Source of the DNA: Terriglobia bacterium
GTDB lineage: Bacteria > Acidobacteriota > Terriglobia > JAJPHL01 > JAPKYU01
Assembly (NCBI GenBank): GCA_965223005.1
Contig: CBDCVK010000010.1
Coordinates: 864,001-928,000, forward strand
DNA length: 64,000 nt
Direction: 5' to 3'
Position 1 is the stretch's first letter; each line of letters starts with the position of its first letter. The notes beneath the pieces were generated by a model that had not been told where the DNA came from, ran no database searches, and worked only from the letters and a program-made list of their open reading frames with translations. This document shows positions 58,534 to 64,000 of the stretch, piece by piece. The position numbers were made by a program, and so were the translations under genes.

Positions 58534-58833
58534 AATGAGTTATACCCCGCTGCAGACCCGTCTCGGGGAAACTAGGTCTGTCTTCCTGGGCTGGATTTAA
58601 CAACCAGTTTTACACATGAAAGCATACAAATGTCAATGGAAAGAAAAACGAAACCCACGGCGGGCGCTGCTTTCCGGCAACGCGGCCGGTGCCGGCCGCT
58701 CGAACAGTCCCGCTGGCGCAAGGTCGTGATGATGCCGGAGCACCCACTGGGACACTGCCGGTCTAGCTGGGAATTTCTGCTGCGTTTGACTCGGCTGAAT
58801 TTGAGAGGGATGAAAACCGGGCCCGCTATTTGT

Positions 58834-60330
58834 TCAAGGAACCTCGGAGGATTCCAAATGTCGTTTTAGCAGTTCATTTACCAGTGCCGGATTGGCCTGT
58901 CCTCGCGTGGCCTTCATCACCTGACCGACAAAGTAGCCAAAGACACCGGTTTTCCCCCCGCGGTACTGCGCCAGCTGTTTCGGGTTCGCTGCGATCAGTT
59001 TCTGGATCAGCGGCTCCAGCGCCGCCGGGTCGCTGATCTGAACCAGGCCCTCTTCGGCAATCAGTTGGTGCGCCGCCTTACCGCTGGCGAACATTTTCTC
59101 AAAGATATTCTTGGCGATTTTCCCCGAGATCGTACCGTCGCCGATTAAGCGCACCAGTTCGCCCAACTGCTGTGCGGAAACGGGAGCTTCCGAGATTTCC
59201 TTTCCGGCAGCATTTAGGGCGCCGAGCAGCTCCCCCTGGACCCAGTGGGCGGCGGCGCGAGGGTCGCCGGCAGCCTGGGCGGCCTGCTCATAGTAGTCGG
59301 CCAGGGCCCGGCTGGCCGCCAGCACCCCGGCGTCGTACTCGCGCAGCTCGTACTGTGTGAGGAACCGCTGCCGGAGCGCTTCGGGCAGTTCAGGGAGCGT
59401 GGCGCGAACCTGTTCCCGCCACTCGTCGTTGATCACCAGCGGCAGCAGGTCAGGCTCAGCAAAATAGCGGTAGTCGTGTGCGTATTCCTTGCTGCGCATG
59501 CCCACCGTTTTCTGCTCGTCCAGGTTCCACAGCCGGGTTTCCTGCGAGATCGTGCCGCCCGCCTCCAAGACGGCCACCTGCCGGTTGATTTCGTAGTCCA
59601 GTGCTCTCTGGAGGAAACGGAATGAGTTCAGGTTCTTCACTTCAGTCTTGACGCCGAACTCTGGGCTGCCCCGGCGCCGCACCGAGACGTTGGCGTCGCA
59701 GCGCAGGCTGCCCTCCTCCATGTTGCAGTCGCTGACTTCCAGATACTGCAAGATTTCCTTGAGGCGGACCAGATATTCGTGAGCTTCGTCTGAGCTGCGA
59801 AGGTCCGGCTCGCTGACAATCTCAATCAGCGGTACGCCGGAGCGATTCAGGTCCACGTAGCTTCGTCGGTCCGAATCCGAGAAGCCGTCGTGGATGCTCT
59901 TGCCGGCATCCTCCTCCAGGTGGACACGGGTGATGTCGATGCGCTTGGGTTCTCCGGTGGCGCGGATCATCAGATGGCCGTGCTCAGCCAGCGGTTGTTC
60001 ATACTGGGAGATCTGGTAGCCCTTGGGCAGATCGGGATAGAAGTAGTTCTTTCGCGCGAAGCGGGAAAAGCTGTTGATGCGGCAGTGGAGTGCCAGTGCT
60101 GCTTTCATGGCCATCTCCACAGCCGCCCGGTTCAACACCGGCAGAGCGCCGGGCAGTCCCAGACACACCGGGCAGACGTTGCTGTTGGGCGGATCGCCGA
60201 AGCGCGTTGAACAGGCACAGAAGATCTTGGAGTGACTGTTCAACTGCAAGTGCACTTCCAGGCCGATCACCGGCTCATATTGAGCCAGCAGCGCCGGGGA
60301 CACTGTCGTCGGACCTGTGGCCGTGCTCAT
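58834..60330 (-). CDS. gatB: Asp/Glu-tRNA amidotransferase subunit B
   Basis: [51 protein letters not shown]. Confidence 0.97.
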   Translation of the reverse strand: MSTATGPTTVSPALLAQYEPVIGLEVHLQLNSHSKIFCACSTRFGDPPNSNVCPVCLGLPGALPVLNRAAVEMAMKAALALHCRINSFSRFARKNYFYPDLPKGYQISQYEQPLAEHGHLMIRATGEPKRIDITRVHLEEDAGKSIHDGFSDSDRRSYVDLNRSGVPLIEIVSEPDLRSSDEAHEYLVRLKEILQYLEVSDCNMEEGSLRCDANVSVRRRGSPEFGVKTEVKNLNSFRFLQRALDYEINRQVAVLEAGGTISQETRLWNLDEQKTVGMRSKEYAHDYRYFAEPDLLPLVINDEWREQVRATLPELPEALRQRFLTQYELREYDAGVLAASRALADYYEQAAQAAGDPRAAAHWVQGELLGALNAAGKEISEAPVSAQQLGELVRLIGDGTISGKIAKNIFEKMFASGKAAHQLIAEEGLVQISDPAALEPLIQKLIAANPKQLAQYRGGKTGVFGYFVGQVMKATRGQANPALVNELLKRHLESSEVP

Positions 60331-60533
60331 AAGCAGTGCGAGCCTCCATTATAGCCTGTCCCGCCGGATGGTCATCAGACCTGAGAAGCTGTTGCCGGAC
60401 TTCGGGGACGGGATGCTGGTATAATCCGCGGGGAAATTGAGCGGCTCGTGCGTCAACCGGCGCGCGATTGTGTCGGCCGGACAGACATCCGAACGGAAGA
60501 AAACTAAACAGACGACTGGGAAAAGAGGAGAAT

Positions 60534-61337
60534 ATGGCTTTGTACCCTGCCAAGCAGAAGCTCGCCGATGGGAAAATAGTTTGCGGAACGATGTTGACCG
60601 AGTGCTTGCGGCCGGAAATGGTGACCGCGCTGGCCGCCTCCGGCGTAGACTTTTTCATCATCGACACCGAGCACTCGCCAGGCGACCTGCACGAGATCGA
60701 AGCGCTGGTGCGGGCGAGCCGTCAGTTCGGCATCGCCCCGCTGGTACGCATCACTGACAACGTATCGTACTTGATTACCCGCGTGTTGGACTGTGGAGCG
60801 GCCGGCGTGGTTGCGCCACGCGTTGACTCGGCCGAAGAGGCACGACGCATCGTCGACGCGGTGAAGTATCCGCCGCAGGGGCGCCGCGGCTTCGGCCTAC
60901 GCGGAATCGTTACCGATTTCCGGGGCGCCAGCACAGCCGAAACCGTCGAGGCCAGCAATCGTGAAACCATTGTGGTGATCCAGGTGGAGAGCGGCGAGGC
61001 TCTGGAGAACCTGGACAAGATCGTGGCAGTGCCTGGCATTGACGCCACCATGATCGGGCCACAGGACCTCTCCATCTCGCTGGGCGTGCCCGGCCAGCTG
61101 GCACACGCCAAGCTGAAGGCAGCCTACAAGCGCGTGGTGGAGGCGTGCCAGCGCAGCCCCGTCGCCGCCGGCATCCACATGGGTGACGCTGCTCGCCTCA
61201 ACGAGCTGCGCGGGGATGGCTATCGCTTGCTGGCCTACTCCACCGACTTGGCGCTGATGATGAAGTCGCTGAAAGAGGGGATCGAGGCCGTCCGTGGCGC
61301 GGGGGCTGCGGCGCCCACCAGCGCCGGAATGTACTGA
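60534..61337 (+). CDS. HpcH/HpaI aldolase family protein
   Basis: RBS GAGGAG; IDTEHSP, RVLDCGAAG, KYPPQGRRG, QVES, IGPQDLS. Confidence 0.88.
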   Translation: MALYPAKQKLADGKIVCGTMLTECLRPEMVTALAASGVDFFIIDTEHSPGDLHEIEALVRASRQFGIAPLVRITDNVSYLITRVLDCGAAGVVAPRVDSAEEARRIVDAVKYPPQGRRGFGLRGIVTDFRGASTAETVEASNRETIVVIQVESGEALENLDKIVAVPGIDATMIGPQDLSISLGVPGQLAHAKLKAAYKRVVEACQRSPVAAGIHMGDAARLNELRGDGYRLLAYSTDLALMMKSLKEGIEAVRGAGAAAPTSAGMY

Positions 61338-61485
61338 GGCAAGAAAGAGTGCTGCGCGGAAGAGAAGCTCGGCAAGATTGCGAGTTCCAGTCTCGTTCGA
61401 TTTCCTCCCAAACTTGAGTGACCAACCCGCGTCCTTAAGCACCCTGGCAGCTCCCTGGTCGGTGTGCCCTCCCTGCGGAGTCTTT

Positions 61486-62682
61486 TTAGGTGGTCTTGCC
61501 CGGCTCGGAGACGCCGGAGGATTTTGGCGACGCGAGAGGAACGCGGAGCAGCAGGCGGGAGCCGTGTCCCGGGTGGGACTCGAGCCGCAGGGAAGCGCCA
61601 AGCTGGCGGGCGCGCTGCTTGATGCTGACCGGCCCGACGCGTAAGCGGTCCAGCTCTTCCAATGTGTAGCTGCCGGAGAAATTGAAGCCCTGGCCGTCGT
61701 CGTCAATAGTGAGCTTCAGCTCCTCCGCCTGTGCGTCCACGGCGATCACGATGTGGCTGGCGCGAGCATGCTTCCGGGTGTTGGCGACGGCCTCGCGGGT
61801 GATCTGGAACACCTCGCGGGAAACCCGGCGAGGCACTTGGACCCGGTGGCTGTCGGCCAACAGCTGGACGCTGATGTCCCCGCTGCGTGCCATCTGCTCG
61901 ACCAGATCACGCATTTCCTGGGCCTGGTTGCGCACCAGCAACTGGAGCTGCTCCAGTTGCTGGACGGCACCGGCCGGGTCGCGCTCCAGCAGCTTCCGGA
62001 TGAACTCGAGATGGACGTCAATGCTGAGGAAGGTTTGAAGCGGCCCGTCGTGGAAATCGTGCGCGATTCGGCTGCGCTCTTCGTCGATGGCCAGTGCCCG
62101 AGCGCGGCGCAACAAGAAAAATTGCTGGGTCAGCGGAGCCAATTCGACAGCGAGCGCCTGCAGGCCGCGCAGCGTGGCCGCGCTCATCTGCTTTGGATCC
62201 AGCACCAATAGGCGGCCGCAGTGCGAACCGCGGGCAAAGCGGACGCTCAGAATGCGCTGAGCTTCCAGACGCTGGCAAAGGGGCGACTCGGCAGGCAATG
62301 CTTCGGCCAATTCCCGGCGGTCCAGGGTGATCCAGGAATCCACCTCGTGCGGGGGCACCTCGAGCGGTGTGGGTTCGGCCTCGCCCTGCCGGTAATCCCA
62401 GCGGTAGAGCTGCTCTTCTTCGCTGTCGTAAAACAGCAGAATGGTGTGACGCACGCGCAGGATTTCGCTAGCGGCGCGCAGGACTCGGCCCAGCAACTGC
62501 CGGGGCTCGTCGCCCAGCCGCATACGACGCAGTTCCTGGACCAGGTCCCCTAAAGAGGAACGCCGACGGCCGGACAGCGGGGACGAGCCGGCCATTAATA
62601 CCATTAGGGTGACCCAGGCAGACCAGGTGGGTGCCGGCGCCAAATCGAGAAGGAGGCCCGAGAGCGAGAAGCTGAGCGGCAT
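61486..62682 (-). CDS. NarX/UhpB-type sensor histidine kinase (HisKA_3), possibly with an internal deletion
   Basis: ERSRIAHDFHDG, REAVANTRKHA, DDDGQGF, ESHPGHGS. Confidence 0.85.
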   Translation of the reverse strand: MPLSFSLSGLLLDLAPAPTWSAWVTLMVLMAGSSPLSGRRRSSLGDLVQELRRMRLGDEPRQLLGRVLRAASEILRVRHTILLFYDSEEEQLYRWDYRQGEAEPTPLEVPPHEVDSWITLDRRELAEALPAESPLCQRLEAQRILSVRFARGSHCGRLLVLDPKQMSAATLRGLQALAVELAPLTQQFFLLRRARALAIDEERSRIAHDFHDGPLQTFLSIDVHLEFIRKLLERDPAGAVQQLEQLQLLVRNQAQEMRDLVEQMARSGDISVQLLADSHRVQVPRRVSREVFQITREAVANTRKHARASHIVIAVDAQAEELKLTIDDDGQGFNFSGSYTLEELDRLRVGPVSIKQRARQLGASLRLESHPGHGSRLLLRVPLASPKSSGVSEPGKTT

Positions 62683-62889
62683 CTCGCAGCTATTCTACCC
62701 AAAGCCGCACCAAAGGTGCTAAAGCTGGGAGCTCCCTAGAATGCGAATGCGGCATTGGGCTGGATAATTGTTTCCCTAGGACGTTACCTTTTTACCAAAC
62801 CCGCCGCTTCAATTTACCTCGTGGGTTCGAACGGCAGTGCCCTAATTCCGTGTTATTCTTCACCAGAAACCTAGATTAGGAGTCCTGGC

Positions 62890-63231
62890 ATGGGGCACAT
62901 GGTGCAATGCATTCTCGACCCACAAGGGCCGCCACAGCCTTGTGCGTACTGTGGATCGCAGACCCCCAATCTGTGCAGGAGCCACAGCCTCTATGTGTGC
63001 CCTGACTGCACGGACTTGCACTTGGATGCTGGACCCTGGGGGCCACGGCTCACCGGGCGATGTGAGCGAGAGGACGGAATCTATCTGCGAGTCATCGTCG
63101 CAGATCAGCCAGCCGTCCTGTTTCGTTCCGATCCCAGCCAGCCGTTCGAGTACTTGCGAGGTGAGGGGCTGACGGATGCCTTGGAAACTTTACCCTGGGT
63201 CGCTGTGGGCTCCCCGGATCTGAGTTCGTGA
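62890..63231 (+). CDS. Small hypothetical protein with putative Zn-binding motif
   Basis: RBS AGGAG; CAYC...C..H...CPDC...H. Confidence 0.6.
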   Translation: MGHMVQCILDPQGPPQPCAYCGSQTPNLCRSHSLYVCPDCTDLHLDAGPWGPRLTGRCEREDGIYLRVIVADQPAVLFRSDPSQPFEYLRGEGLTDALETLPWVAVGSPDLSS

Positions 63232-63299
63232 CTTGTTACGGACACGTCGGCCCGCAACCAGATTCATCGCTTCGCTCGGCATGATAGGAGAGAGTGGCA

Positions 63300-63968
63300 C
63301 TAACGCGCCTGGAAGCCCGGGCTGGCTACCCGCGGGATCTGGATAGGTTCGTCAGCGGCGTCGGGCCAACGGGAGAAGTGGCTGGAAAGATGAACCAGTC
63401 CGTTCGCGGAGGCGCCACTGTCATGGACGCATGCCTCTGGTGAGAGCGGGTAGACCATGGCCACTTCGTCGCAGCAATTAAGGTGTGGGCAGCGCAGACA
63501 GTCCTTCCAGACCTTCAGCGGAAGTGAGCCGCGATCCACCACCCGGAAGCCGCACTTTTCGAAGAACGGCGCCACGTAGGTAAAGGCAAAAACCACGTCC
63601 AGGTCGTATTCGCGCGCCTCCCGGAGAAGCGCCGCGACAATCTTGCGTCCGATGCCGGACGCCTTTGCCGTTTCGACGACGGCCAGCGAGCGCAATTCAG
63701 CCATCTGCGGGGTGTAGAAGTGGAGCGCGCCGCAGCCGGCCAGTTCCCTCGCCGGATTGGGTGCCCCGTCAGGTGGGGAAAGCATTCCTGCCTGCCCGGA
63801 CACGCCAAGGGCTTGTCCCACGTAGGCTACCGAGAAGTCGCGGATGTTCTCGCACATCTCGAATTCGGTGCGAGGCAACATCAGTCCTCCCTGGGCATAG
63901 CTATTGATCAGTTCCAGCATCGCCGACGCGTCGGAGGGGCGGGCCTTGCGGATGTGCACGTCAGGCAT
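63300..63968 (-). CDS. argA: GNAT N-acetyltransferase, short ArgA-type (amino-acid N-acetyltransferase)
   Basis: LINSYAQGGLMLPR, ENIRDF, AELRSLAV, VFAFTY, LPLKVWKDC..C....CDE.AM. Confidence 0.82.
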   Translation of the reverse strand: MPDVHIRKARPSDASAMLELINSYAQGGLMLPRTEFEMCENIRDFSVAYVGQALGVSGQAGMLSPPDGAPNPARELAGCGALHFYTPQMAELRSLAVVETAKASGIGRKIVAALLREAREYDLDVVFAFTYVAPFFEKCGFRVVDRGSLPLKVWKDCLRCPHLNCCDEVAMVYPLSPEACVHDSGASANGLVHLSSHFSRWPDAADEPIQIPRVASPGFQAR

Positions 63969-64000
63969 GTGTCGCTCCCGGAGCGTCCACTCTGGCCAGG
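63961..64000 (-). CDS. Probable 3' end of an upstream gene overlapping the argA start (partial, unidentified)
   Basis: Frame LARVDAPGATHA* with TGA 63963-63961 overlapping the argA start (ATGCCTGA). Confidence 0.3.
   Translation of the reverse strand, partial: LARVDAPGATHA

Noticed and set aside
1-64000. Numerous antisense and overlapping ORFs in the six-frame track
   Set aside because: Shadow ORFs expected in GC-rich DNA; they overlap well-supported genes and lack motifs.

Overview
A GC-rich bacterial chromosome window, most consistent with Acidobacteriota (inferred from a Solibacter-type IPT/TIG protein, the SMC head insertion and the gene repertoire). Housekeeping blocks (rimP-nusA-infB-DUF503-rbfA, lipA-lnt-prfB, smc, purC-cvpA, uppS-cdsA-dxr-rseP, selD, rnr, carD, gatB, argA) alternate with accessory genes. 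No rRNA, tRNA, CRISPR array, transposase or integrase was seen. Signals the ORF track misses: (1) a 2,056-bp transposase-free element (35896-37951) with 18/19-identical terminal inverted repeats and a perfect 8-bp target-site duplication, carrying two intact genes, each followed by a truncated gene start ending at a shared junction motif; (2) two selenoproteins with in-frame UGA and SECIS-like hairpins (SelD and an OsmC-family peroxidase); (3) the prfB +1 frameshift; (4) a secreted caspase-like gene running off the left edge; (5) several short gene remnants. Also notable: a GriC/GriD (EhpF/EhpG)-like carboxylate reductase pair beside an amidase and a ThDP enzyme, an OvoA-like sulfoxide synthase coupled to egtD, a urocanase with several altered conserved motifs, and a multi-hairpin spacer between uppS and cdsA. 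All family calls come from motif recognition by eye; no database search was run.
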